This document shows positions 1 through 13,954 of a stretch of 64,000 nucleotides of DNA, one piece after another. Numbering within the stretch: the stretch's first letter is position 1; each line of letters starts with the position of its first letter. Under the pieces are notes generated by a model that ran no database searches, was not told the origin of the DNA, and worked only from the letters and a program-made list of their open reading frames with translations. Position numbers and translations under genes: made by a program. The DNA comes from Octopus sinensis (lineage: Eukaryota): contig NC_042997.1 of the NCBI RefSeq assembly GCF_006345805.1, positions 70,246,001 to 70,310,000 on the forward strand, written 5' to 3'.

Positions 1-607
1 ATATTTTTATTTTGTTGTTATTTATATTTTATGCATGAACATAAATGTTCTCGTTGAATCTGTTGATAGAGTCAAAATACTGTCTGTGTATCAGTAATAC
101 AAACGTATATTTTGCAGAATGTCTTACAGATATAAGAGTCAAGGAAGCCCGACCCAAGCCCTCCTTCCATTTACCCTAACTTCACTTCACATATCCTATA
201 TGTCTTAATATTTCCTCAATATAAGAAATTAGTGACTATCTAACCATAATAGGATATATAAATTAGTAACAAACGCATTCATGCAGTTTATGTACAAATT
301 TCAGTTACCAACAGGCTAGATCGACAGTCCAACAGACAGTAAATGACCCTGCTTTGTCACTTCTGCGGCATCGGAGTCACGTCTGAAATAGTTATTGTTT
401 GATCCAAGTGTTGTATAGCTTCGCAGTACATTTGGCTGACGACATATATTGTGAGGATTTTCGACTAAATACGAGGGTTTCTATAATTTGAATTCACATC
501 TATAATTTAATGGCTGATGAAGATGGTGATGGTATTGATGATGATGATATAATCGGCTAGCAAATCCCCATTAATTTGCTGGCCTTGTGCTTAAATTTGA
601 AACCGTT

Positions 608-641
608 ATAATAATAATAATAATAATTATTATTATTATTA

Positions 642-702
<61 letters not shown>
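608..702. repeat. (ATA)n flipping to (TAT)n trinucleotide microsatellite
   Basis: Direct reading; orientation switches near 626. Confidence 0.95.
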
Positions 703-703
<1 letters not shown>

Positions 704-2097
704 TGAGACGTCGCACAGTATCCAATATTGTGATGTTGCTGATTGAAGATTTTGTGTCTATCGGGGATTTGTACTGTCTGTCAAGTCACAACAAGAACCT
801 CAGACAAACAGTTCTTCACGCAATATGCGTGCAGTTCCAAGTAATGCTGATTTTTGCAATACACCTAGATATTAGAGTATTTCTAAAGTTTCCAGATGTT
901 TCTTCAGGTTGGGTGGTATTGAACCCAATGCTCCGATGACAATAGGGACAACCTTTATGTTTGACTCTCTTAGCGCCTCAACTTGGTGATCTCGATTCTC
1001 AGGTCCCTATATTTATAATTTTTTTCTTTTTCTTTCATGTTGATATCCTGGTACTGCCACATCGATTATTAGGCACTCTTGTTTGTCCCTCCTAAAAGTT
1101 ACTATGTCTGGCCTCCGGTGCTCTAACATCTTGTCTGTCTAGAAGTCAAAGTCCAAGAAGATTTTTGCCCCCTTTCTCGTCCATTACCTTTTCTGGTGTG
1201 TGTTGGTACCAAGAACCCATTACCATGTGTCCATACTTCCGGCATAGTGGCCAGTGAAGATTTTGCGCTAGCATGTCGTATCTGCGCATGTATTCTTTCT
1301 GCGTGAGACTTTCCCAAACAGTGTAACTCACGCTTTCGACTCTCTTCCCACACATTCTGCAGAGGTTCGTAGCACTTGTGTGCTATACATCCCTTTTCAC
1401 TGAGTTGGTATTCAATGCCTGATCATGGGCAGAGATGATTAGGTTTTCAGTTTTCTTTTTTAGGTCACCCTTACTGAGCCACCTCCTTGATGCTACCTGG
1501 TCTCTTAAGTTGTTAGTTTCACGGTGGAACTAACCATGTAATTCCGTGCAGACTCTCGTTGGCTATTCGTGATCGGAATTGATTAGCACTCTCAAGGCCA
1601 TTTTTGGTAAATCCTTCTGCTTTAGCAACATAATGTAACAGGTGTTGTATGCTGTTTACCAAATATTCTGCCATGTTCCTTCTTTCAACGTTGATGCACT
1701 CTCGTACGCTAGCAGACCACGTCCAACTTTACAACTCTTCATGTAGAGACTGTTTACGTTCACCTTAGGTAGAGGGCAACATATACTGTCATCGTCTTTC
1801 GGGCAGTGTGATCGAGCTGGTTATTCTCCGTTCGTGGCCATTTCAGGATGGGTGCACTATAGTGAACTATCGCAACAGCCCATATGCTGATGGCAGTCAT
1901 AAGGTTCCTTAAGATGAGTTTTGACTTCAAGAGAAGTTTGAGGCGCTTCAAATACGCAGTGATGACCTTGTCTTTCATTACTATGTGCAAGAAAATTTTC
2001 AGCTCAAGGATCCCAAGGTACTTGTACCCATTATCATCAGTGGCTTCCATTCTCCCTCTTTTAACAATTCTATGCCCTTACAATCTGCATTTCCCCC
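703..2097 (-). mobile_element. Dong/R4-clade non-LTR retrotransposon (RLE type), 5'-truncated, decayed
   Basis: Minus-strand remnants YKYLGILE...YLKRLKLLLKSKL (RT C-terminus), MCGKRVESV...YMRRYD (CCHC region), EHRRPDIVTF...IIDVAVPG (PD..D restriction-like endonuclease), VIGALGS...LQKSALLGTARILR; (AAT)n tail; TTA repeats on both flanks. Confidence 0.9.
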
Positions 2098-2134
2098 GTT
2101 TATTATTATTGTTGTTGTTGTTATTGTTATAATT

Positions 2135-2350
2135 AAGGCGGCAGGTTGACAGAATTTTTAACACGGCGGGCAAAATGTTTAGCGGCAATTCGTCCGTCTT
2201 TACGTTCTGAGTTCAAATTCTGCCGAGGTCTACTTTGCTTTCCTCATTTCGGGGTCAGTAAAATAAGTACCAGCTGAACACTGGAGTCGATATAATCGAC
2301 TCATTCCCTCTCCCAAAATTGCTGCCCTTGTGGCAAAATTTGAAACCATT
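2135..2350 (+). mobile_element. tRNA-derived SINE family 1 (octopus OK/OR-type; family name not verified)
   Basis: A-box-like head, B-box GAGTTCAAATTC, body GGGGTCAGTAAAATAAGTACCAG, ATT tail; many similar copies in window. Confidence 0.9.
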
Positions 2351-2371
2351 ATCATTATTATTAATAATTTT

Positions 2372-2975
2372 AAAATAAAATGTCCGTTGTCTTCTACTGA
2401 ACCGGAGTCATCCTTTGACCCTAGAGTCACAGCAGGTCTTCATCTGGTGGAGAATACACGGCGTAAAATGTGTGTGGAACCTAGCAACACTATTTTCTGA
2501 AGTTCTCTCACGTTAACACTGCAAGGGAAAGTACTGTTACATCATCTCTTCCGGTCACAGTTTCAGACTTATGCTGGTACAATCGTTTTGAAGTTGGAAG
2601 CTAGTAGTGTTTACATATCTTCTAATGGATTTAATGCGCTACTCTATCGTGTCTATGAATATATTCGGTTTTTGCAAGCAATGTGCATCCAGTTAAGAAG
2701 TGGTCCACTGTCTCATCCTGTTCATGACATATTCTGCATTTCGGGTCAGTGCCATCGTTCATTATTTTGTTGTGGTAAGCCCTGGTTGCTAAGCTTTGAT
2801 CTTGTGCTGCTATGACAGAACCTTCGGTTTCAGCCTTGGGTCCTGAGCTCTTCATCCATACATGAGTGTCTCGTTTTTCTACGTCTGGTTTGTTCACTCT
2901 ACATGGGTATCGATCATGCATCGGTTTTTCTAGCCATTCTTCTTTGCTCTTCTTCTGGGCTTGTTTTTCATCTCT
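2372..2975 (-). mobile_element. Second Dong/R4-type LINE 3' fragment with internal deletion of the endonuclease
   Basis: ORF 2631-2921 KAETEGSVIAAQDQSL...CRICHEQDETVDHFLTGC...HRHDRVAH; jumps to ELQKIVLLGSTHILRRVF C-terminus; AAT tail on minus strand. Confidence 0.85.
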
Positions 2976-3419
2976 TCCTTAACAGAGAAAATTGTAGATA
3001 TGAAGTTTTAAAAATTTATTGGAAATGATCTTTTGTCTGTCCGAACAGAGAAAACTGTAGTGCTCTTGGAATAAAGAGGATGTTTACATTTTCGAATATT
3101 CAGGGTAAAAGGAATTCATAGGTATTCACAGAAGGTGTAGATATAAAGACTTTAAATTGGTTGTTTATGTGTTCGAAAGCTGTAGATATGTAAGTTCCTT
3201 ACCTAATTTGAGGGAAATTCAAAATACTCACAGGAAACTGTGGATATTCCAGTCTTTTAGAGTTATTTTTCAGTTGTCCTGTTGGGTTGTATTAGTACTT
3301 GTGTGTCTTCAGCTGCTGACTGGTCAGAACAGCGAAGTAAAAGTCCAGCCGCTGTCAAGGCGGTGAGCTGGCAGAATGGTTTTATTATTATTATTATTGT
3401 TGTTGTTGTTGTTGTTGTC

Positions 3420-3636
3420 AAGGCGGCAAGCTGGCAGAATCGTTAGCACGCTGGGCAAAATGCTTAGCGGCATTTCGTCCGTCGTTACGTTCTGAGTTCA
3501 AATTTCGCCGAGGGCGACTTTGCCTTTCTCCCCTTCGGGGTCGATAAAATAAGTACCAGTTGAACACTGGGGTCAGTGCAATAGACTTACCTCTTCTCCA
3601 CAATCTTCAGTCTTTGTGCCTATAGTAGAAAGGATT
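3420..3636 (+). mobile_element. SINE family 1 copy (aborted head also at 3357-3380)
   Basis: GGCGGCAAGCTGGCAGAATCGTTAGCACG...GAGTTCAAATTTCG...GTAGAAAGGATT. Confidence 0.92.
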
Positions 3637-4658
3637 GCGCAGACACGCGCTTAAATTACGCCATGTGCAACGATTTCTGGACGGTGAGCGTGTGTGAGGC
3701 TCGTCTTTCCGCAGATCGTCTCCTTGATGGAATTGCAGTCCTGGGTTAAGAAAAGACCGAGACTGGGCGGCTGGTACCTAGAATGTCGTCAGGCGCTCAC
3801 AATCCTCTACCAGTCGGGCAATGGAATCGGTGGTTGTTCCGCTTAAGAAATTTGAAGAGAATTATTGGCGGGACGTTCTCGAAGAGACTCTAGGCTCCGG
3901 CGAGAACGAACTGGCTAATCTGTTCCGGAGGACTTTCCAGTTGGGAACTATCATGGATAATTTCGAGATGTCCTTGGTCTGGTAGTGTTACCGGGGGGCG
4001 TTACCGGTTCGAGACAAGCTCTGCGAGCAGAATGAAAAACCGTTCTGCACGCCCTCGTTCAGTGTCCAGGCAATGCTGACTTGTGGGATTATGTTGAACA
4101 GTTGTTGTCACGTGTGGGACAGATCCGTCTGTACTGATGATTGCACCGCCGCCCTCCTTCAATTGGGCAGGCAGTGCAGTTTTCCTTTGTCTGATGGCTG
4201 TGGCAAAAGTTGTTGTGCGGTGGACAAAGCTGACAGGCAAGTGGACAGATACATTCCTCTCTGGTTGAGCTCACATTGAAAGGGAAATTGAGATTGGAGG
4301 GGGAAATGCTGTCCTCGAGTGAATTGATCGAAAGGTGGATGAGAATTACCTCTCGAAGTGCAGACCTGTGAGTCAGAGAGAAAGAATTGCAGAGGTCAAT
4401 TGCTCGTAGGGTTTCAGGGAAACCTCGTACAGTGGGGTTCCTCGATTATACCTAGAGGTGTTCCTGTATCAGTAGGGCATCACCTTTATCATCCTACGCC
4501 CCACTTCTTTTTTTTTTCATCTTTTCCAATGTATACCGTGTATACTTTCTATTTGTTTTTTATCTTTTCATTATTATATGTAAACACCCATGCTTTATGT
4601 CTGTCTCTGTATTGCACCCTACCATCCTTCGCCCTTGTTGCAAATAAATGAAATCCTT
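3637..4658 (+). mobile_element. Tx1/L1-clade LINE 3' fragment (zf-RVT region plus 3' UTR)
   Basis: Translates to W*CYRGALPVRDKL...TVLHALVQCPGNADLWDYVEQLL; homologous to 24000-24705; ends in AATAAA then (ATT)n. Confidence 0.8.
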
Positions 4659-4686
4659 ATTATTATTATTGTTATTATTATTATTA

Positions 4687-4774
<88 letters not shown>

Positions 4775-4801
4775 TATTATTATCATTATTATTATTATTA
4801 T
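4659..4801. repeat. (ATT)n/(ATC)n compound microsatellite
   Basis: Direct reading. Confidence 0.95.
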
Positions 4802-5300
4802 TGAGTGAGAGAGCAGTTCATGCCATCAAAGTGACACTGGGGTAAAATATACGAAGCCCAATATACACATCATGACTACCCGTCTGATAAAGGTACACCA
4901 GGCACATGCATCACAACCATATGTGCGCGACATGGTGATCTCATATCAAGATAAACAGCACATGACCTTGCAGGTGGGGCCCAGTTAGAATTTTCTTCAG
5001 GTTGAGTAGCCCATCCCGCTCAAACGGTCCCTGAATAACGGTTGTTTAAGGATGTTGAAAGAACCACCCATGTTTCCAGAGGTGAACTATTCAAACCCCA
5101 AAGAATCCCTCTCAACACATGGCTATGATGCTCCCCCACTACTTCTGCTCATGATCAGAGATGCACATATCGTCAGCCACTAAGGGACATGCTCAACTGG
5201 TTAAGGTCAAACAACTGACAAGCAAATCTGTGGTATTGAGCAGAATATTTGCTGTAGCCCATCTTTTATGTGGTATTGAGCAGAATATTTTCTGTAGCCC
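4802..5300 (-). mobile_element. Unclassified ~500-bp non-coding retroposon-like repeat with (AAT)n tail
   Basis: Ends ...CTCTCTCACTCAATAATAA on minus strand; second 3' fragment at 5627-5700; 5' ~33 bp duplicated (5230-5302); no ORF or Pol III boxes seen. Confidence 0.65.
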
Positions 5301-5312
5301 ATTATTATTATA

Positions 5313-5383
<71 letters not shown>

Positions 5384-5387
5384 CATC

Positions 5388-5613
5388 AAGACAGCGAGCT
5401 GGCAGAATCGTTAGCACAATCGTTAGCACGCCGGGTGAAATGCTAAGCATTTTACCCGGCGTGATCTCACGTTCTGAGATCAAATTCCACGGAGGTCGAA
5501 TTTGTTCTTCATCCTTCCGGGGTCGATAAAATTGGTACCACATGAGCACTGTGGTTGATGTAATCGATTCACCTCCTCCACCAATTTTGATGGCTTTGTG
5601 CTACAGGTTGAAA
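5388..5613 (+). mobile_element. SINE family 1 copy
   Basis: Same head and body, with small duplication of AATCGTTAGCAC; flanked by ATT repeats. Confidence 0.88.
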
Positions 5614-5626
5614 TTATTATTATTAT

Positions 5627-5700
5627 TAATGAGTGAGAGAGCACTGCATGCTATCAAAGTAACAATGGGGTACAAATATACGAAGCCCAATATATCCATT
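5627..5700 (-). mobile_element. 3' fragment of the 4802-5300 repeat
   Basis: GAGTGAGAGAGCACTGCATGCTATCAAAGTAAC matches 4803-4860. Confidence 0.8.
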
Positions 5701-5751
5701 AGTTGTTTTGTTGAACCCCAAATAAAGTACACACACACGCACACACACACA

Positions 5752-5819
<68 letters not shown>

Positions 5820-5970
5820 GCACGCACTTGTTCGTATGTGCGTATGTATGTATGCAAGTATATATGTATGTATCTCAGTGTGTTTCGCACCTCCGCTTGT
5901 TTGATTACGTCCCCATAACTCAGTGATCCGTCATATAGAATAAGTACTGCTTAAAAAATAAAAAAAATAA

Positions 5971-6202
5971 AAGCACCCTTTTAAAGCCTAGCCAGATTTT
6001 CCGGTTTCTATGGCGTATGTGTTCCCCAGCTGGACAGGACGCCAGTCCATCGCAGCGTTACTCATTTTTGCCAGCTGAGTGGACTGGAGCAACGTGAAAT
6101 GAAGTGTTTTGCTCAAGAACACAACGATTCGCCCGGTCCAGGAATCGAAACCACAATCTTACGATCATGATGCTGACGCCCTAACCACTAAGCCACGCGC
6201 CT
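5971..6202 (-). mobile_element. tRNA-derived SINE family 3, inserted in a family-2 SINE remnant
   Basis: Minus strand GGCGCGTGGCTTAGTGG (A box), GTTTCGATTCC (B box), CTGCGATGGACTGGCGTCCTGTCCAG central motif; family-2 pieces at ~5880-5970 and ~6205-6295. Confidence 0.85.
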
Positions 6203-7446
6203 CCACAGTTAAAAAAAATAAGTACTTGGCTAAATCCACTAAGGCCGTGCCCCAGCATGGCTGGAGTCCAACGACACAAACAGTTGAAACCTAAAAAAAT
6301 ACAAACACACACAGAGACACACTTACACACAACATACACACAGTCACGCGCGCACACACACGCATATATATAGAGAGAAATATGTGTGTATGTGCGTCTG
6401 TAACATTCTTTTAACCAGTGTGTTAGCACATTACAATGTGGTTGCTTGTAGATGGGAGCAAACACTTGACATATATTAGGAAGAAATCACAGCAGGAACA
6501 ATGATTCCCGAACAGTCTCTACGTTTGACTTTGCTTTCTATAACTGGGTGTGTTAAAATTTTGCGAATAAATATACCATTCTTTGTAATTATGTACCTCA
6601 TAGTCCGGTGGGAAACAGCAGCAATGGCAAGGCTCTCGAGAGTGGGGAAAAGTAAGGAAGAAGATAACCCCAAACTTGAAATCTACATCCAACGTTTGCA
6701 AAAGGGCGGTTTCCTTAAAGGCAGCCTCTATGTTGAAGGGATTGAAGTGATTATCAGTCAATGTTGCGTATGAGTGTGTGTGCGTGTGCCTACATATGTG
6801 TGTGTGTGTGAGTGATTGTGTGTATATGTGTGTGTGTGTATGTGAATAAATGACACAAATACAAGTTAATGCTTTGAGGCATAGTCCATCAAGGGGCTCA
6901 ATAAAATATTTTTAAAAACTAAATTTCATTAAATTCAGAACAAAATATAAAAATATATTGAATATTAAGGAAATCATGTCAAAAAATAAATGAGAAACTA
7001 CAAATACTTAAACAAAAGGATCCGTATATGGATACACTCACATATATGCGCGTGCGCGTACGCATCTGTGTGTGTATGCTTGTTTGTGTATGCGTGAACA
7101 TTTGTACGCGTGCATGTGCTTGTGAAATGGCATGTGAAAACCTATTTCTTTGTGTACCTGTATCTGTACACTTGTTTGTAAAATCCACCATTTCGTTACT
7201 ATTGATTTCCACGGAATTGGTCATTAAAATCAAAGTAAACGCCCCCGATATTTATTCGTCTATTTCTTCGATCAACAAACAATACGTATACAAATAATTC
7301 GCACCAATATACACACACAAACACGCGCACGCACACGCTCATGCTCACACACATACAAACATGTATGTATGGGGTGCGTTGGATGTGTACATATATGTAT
7401 GTGTGTGGATGTGTATATATATATACACACATACATATACATGTAA

Positions 7447-9092
<1,646 letters not shown>

Positions 9093-9708
9093 TCATATAT
9101 ATATATACATACATACATACATACATACATGATACATACATACATACATACATACATACATACATACATACATACATGCTTTACATACGCAAGTACGTAC
9201 GTATACATCTGAAACTGTTTGGAATTTTTTCTTATTCCTATATCCTGTTTGATTTATTTTCTTTCCAATCTTTTCTTTCTGTTTTCGTTATGCTAATTCT
9301 CTATCTTTTGTCTCTCCTATCTGTTTCTAGATAAATCTATTTGTACATTTGTTGTTCTGTTTTGCTTTTTTTTTATTCAGTCTTCATTTATTTGTTGACG
9401 TTTTCTGTTAAGCCATATTGATTGACTCAGTACACCGAATGTCTCCCGTCTTATGGCGATTTCAATACACATTTGCTTCTTTCATTTGTTTTATTCGCCG
9501 TTCTTCTACCAGCGCTAATTGGTAGAAAGGCTAGTTATTTTGTGTATGGTTGCTTGCCCATTATATACATGCATCTAGATACTGAAAATGTGTATGTAAA
9601 GATACATATTACAGACATAGTCAAATACGCGTAGAAGAATACACAGTAAATACACATACAAAGACTCATATACATAGATACATATGTATATATATATATA
9701 TATATTAT

Positions 9709-9750
<42 letters not shown>

Positions 9751-10518
9751 TGTATATATATGCATATATACACTCACGAGGCCCACACAAACACACATAC
9801 GCACACATATACACACACTTATGTATATGACTGTAAGTGTGTGTATACATACGCAAACGCGCGCACACACTCACGTACACATGTACCCAAATAAAGAAGT
9901 AATGATGGAAAAAGGGACACAATGAATTAAAGAATTGGAGATAGATATGTGAATATGTTCCGATGAGTTTGTGAGTGCTTGCATCATATAGAAACGAAGT
10001 CTACGAATGATTCATTCTTCTATTTATTTATGTCCTTTTCTTTGTATGCTTAAGTTGTATGTCTATTTTTATGTGTACCGACGCATTTTACATACGTAAA
10101 TAAGCGAAGTAAAAGTAAGTCTTGTGTATTTCTTAAACTTTCAAATTAAAATTAGTTTTATACAGCTCAGTAGAACTCTATCACCAATCATGTAACGCGG
10201 TGCTATGTTGGGAAGTTCAATCTTCGTATAGGTTAATAAAATATTTCTTGAAATACTACTTCGTGCATTTGATGTTTAGTGAAAGGTGATTTTATCGCAG
10301 TTGATGTTGCAGTGTGTAAACATGTATTGTTTGTAATGCTATCTTTATTGGTAATTTTATTTACAGTTTGAGTAAGATTATTTATTGTGCTTCAGAGAGT
10401 AATACGTAAATTACATGAAACGCCTATTTTGGAAATTATGAGCTAGGGTTTTGCACCTAGCTCTTAATTTCGTCGCTTCATTGCTCATAGTTGGAAAAAA
10501 TAGTGGCGGGCAAAAATA

Positions 10519-11615
10519 TTTGAGGTCCGTTCAAAAAGTATCCGACCTTTGTGCATAAAAACTAAAACAAAAATACTTTTCTACATTTCACGAATTTATT
10601 TAATCACATACTTCCCTTGAGAGTTCATGCATTCTTCCAGTGGTTCTTGAATGACATGAAGCTCTGCCTCCGCTTTTCTCACAGTTGCCTCTCTCGACTC
10701 AAAGCGCGTCTCTTTCAGTGTGGTTTTCAGTTTGGGGAACAACCAAAAGTCGGGAGAATAGGGAGTTTGTCGAACATTGTGGAATGAGCGGGCGTATTGT
10801 CGTGGTGAAGTTTAAAATTCTTCGCCGCCCACATGTCCGGCCGCTTTCGACGCACATATCACGAAGGCAACTTACAATCTCCAGGTAGTATTCCTCATTG
10901 ATTGTTAGGCTTTGAGATGCATATTCATGATCCACAATACCACGGGAGTCAAGTCAACATTACCTTCATATTTCTGGGACCTGTTGTACTTTTTTTTGGC
11001 CTTTGTGACGACGGATGCTTCTAATTGGAGGACTGGAACTTGGTTTCTGGGTTGTAACCATAAATCCATCTCTCATCACCAGTGATGATAGTCTTCTTTA
11101 CTGCTTTCTCTGTGTACATGTGTACGTGAATGTGTGTGCGTCTTTGCGCATCATGCGTACGTGAGTTTGTGCGCGCGTGTTTGCGTATCATGAAACCTTG
11201 GTGGTGCTTTGCACAATCCAGCATGTCCTGAGCGATTTCCAAGCGGAGTTGCTTTTGCTTCTGTGCCAGCACCTTCGGTATCAATTTCGCCGGCAATTTC
11301 CGCATGCATAAATCCTTCGTTAAATGGAATACACTGATTCTGTGCGTATTCTCACATCGTGAGCAATTTTCTGGTTTGTTACACGACGGTCTCCCATGAC
11401 TATTCGCCGAACTTTCTATGTCTACTCCTCGTTTCGACTTGCAGATGTCCTGCCTGAGCGTGCATTGCTCTCCACTGAGGTGCGTCTATGTTTAAAGCGG
11501 CTATACCACCGCCTGATCTGAGTTTCGCCCATTCCATCACCGTCAAAAGTCTGCTGAATTTATTGGGTTGTTTGAGCTTGAGTATGATCAAGATTTTGGC
11601 AAATCTTGATGCATC
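10519..11615 (-). mobile_element. Mariner DNA transposon remnant
   Basis: TIR-like GAGGTCCGTTCAAAAAGTATCCGACC; transposase pieces LIPKVLAQKQKQLRLEIAQDML, IITGDERWIYGYNPETK, TINEEYYLEI; ~85-bp low-complexity insert at ~11105-11190. Confidence 0.88.
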
Positions 11616-11628
11616 GATTATTATTATT

Positions 11629-11660
<32 letters not shown>

Positions 11661-11880
11661 AGGAAGACACCGTACTGGGAAAGTCGTTAGAACGCCGGGT
11701 AAAATGTTTAGCGCTATTTCGTCCGTCTCTACGTTCTGAGTTCAAATTCCGCTGAAGTCAATTCTGCATTTCGTCCTTTCGAGGTCGATAGAATAAGCAT
11801 AAGTTGAACACTGGGGTCGATATAATCAACTTACTCCTTCCTTGAAATTGCTGTTCTTGTGCCAAAATTTTAAACCAATA
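11661..11880 (+). mobile_element. SINE family 1 copy
   Basis: B-box GAGTTCAAATTCC and family body; preceded by (ATT)/(GTT)n. Confidence 0.85.
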
Positions 11881-12904
11881 TTAACTTCATAACTCCTGTC
11901 AGCGTTTGATCATTCTTTATGAGTACGCAGACCACACGAGATTTGTTTGACATCTCGGTTCAGTGAAAGAACCATGCTGGAATTATTCTATTTGAGTGAC
12001 TTTTTAACGATTCAGTTGTCTTATCTTGCTTGTTAATTGCACATTTAAAACTCTTTGTTCGTTTTCTGTTTGAAGATAATTTCTATCGTTTTGTCTGATG
12101 TTGTTGACTGTAATTTCATTCATTGTATTGTTTTTAATGTGTATTAAAGGGATTTGCATGTTATTTCACGTCTATGCGCACAAAACCATACAAGAAGTTT
12201 GATATTGACAACATCGAAGTTGGTATTGCTTAAGTTCTGTATCTTTTGATCACCCTGGGCAAGTAGAAATGTTATTGAAGGTATTCCCTTCTTGTGGTAA
12301 CCATCACCGTTATAGTGGTAGGTAGTATTACAGTATCAAAGGAATCTTCTCTTTACTCATGTCAGTATTACGAATTTCAGAGAGATTTATCTGCTATTTC
12401 TTGCAGGTCGGCCTATCATTAAGATGCTCCCTCGTTTTTCTTGTCTGAGTCAGTTGATTTACAGTCTGATGAATTCATATAAAAGTTTTGTTTATATATC
12501 AATTCCTTGTCAAAATACACGATAATAGATCCAGTTGTTCTAATGTTCTAATTTGAGAATTCCTTCCCTAATATCGAATAACTTATGATTGTTTAACTTT
12601 GTTATTTTCGCTGTTCTTTTCGTCGTCATAGTTGTTGTTGATACTGTCGCTCTTAAGTCTGTGATCGGTTTCAAACGAAAATATTCAAGACCAGTGGCGC
12701 TCCAGATTTGCAATCTATTCCTTTTCTCTAAGTCGAAAGTATATCATTCTCATTAATAATACAGTATATGGTAGGATTTCCTTTTTTGACCCCATAATGT
12801 TTGATTTCAACGAGATTTCGCTCTATTTCTAACAAGTCGGCCGTGAATACACTCCATGATTTCTTCGTTGCTATCACATTTATTCTAACATAGTAAGTTA
12901 TGCA

Positions 12905-13285
12905 ACTTTATCTTTCACTTGTTTCAGCCATAAGACAACGGCCATGCTGGGGCACCGTCTTTAAGAAATTTTAGTCGAATGAATCGACCCCCACTACTTA
13001 TTCCCTTAATTCTATTAGTCTCTCTTGCCGAACTGGTAAGTTACGGAGACATGGACACACCAACAATGGTTGTCAAACGGTGATGGGTAGGAGGACGAAA
13101 ACAAACATACACGCACGCGCGCGCACACACATACACATATACAACGGGCTTTATTCAATTTCCGTCTGCTAAATCCATTTACAAGGCATGGTCGGCCCGA
13201 GGATATAGCAGAAAACACTCGCCGAAGTTACCATGAAGTGGGACTGAACAATGAACGGTTCGGATGAGAACGAAACTTCTTTACT
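12905..13285 (-). mobile_element. tRNA-derived SINE family 2, decayed
   Basis: Minus-strand GTTCAGTCCCAC B-box, CTCGGGCCGACCA, CCCCAGCATGGCCG...GAAACAAGTGAAAG 3' end. Confidence 0.75.
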
Positions 13286-13835
13286 AGTAGAATAAGTTAT
13301 AGTATTTTTTAATCTCAATTTTTACTATGAATTCAAAGTAGGTAATTTCTAATCATTGTGAAAACGAATATTGAAAAAAGACTGATTTTCCGAAACGTCT
13401 AACAAACCGAAGCATTCGAAAGAAATGAAACACGGTAAATCACACAATATATCATATACTCCACAAACAACTTCTGAAAAATACCAATATTTATATTTTG
13501 AAATGTTTTGAAAACTGAATAACTGACTTGATATTCATTTTCTTATATAAATTTTTTAAACATACACCCCCTCCACACACACATGTATATATATATGTAT
13601 ATATGTATATATATATGTATATATATATATATGTATATATATATATGTATATATATATGTATGTAAGTATGTATGTATGTATATATGTATGTATAAATCT
13701 TCAATGTTTTTGTACATGTATATTATATATGTATTGGTGTCAGTAGGCCCATGAATAGAAACATGTGTTCAGTCATAAAAAAATATGCATAATACATACA
13801 TGTAGACATACATAAACGCACACAGACAGATATAA

Positions 13836-13954
<119 letters not shown>

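Noticed and set aside
5150-5265. HDV-like ribozyme at the 5' end of the 500-bp element
   Set aside because: P1 partly pairs, but P3/L3 geometry and the P1.1 GG could not be built.
6150-6202. tRNA gene
   Set aside because: A/B boxes belong to a SINE head; no cloverleaf acceptor stem, and it continues into a SINE body.
6476-6773. Overlapping 65-90 aa ORFs on both strands
   Set aside because: No domain recognised and no consistent splice pair.
11880-12900. Unique stretch with coding-like composition on minus strand
   Set aside because: Frequent stops and no identifiable motif; possibly an ancient TE but unsupported.
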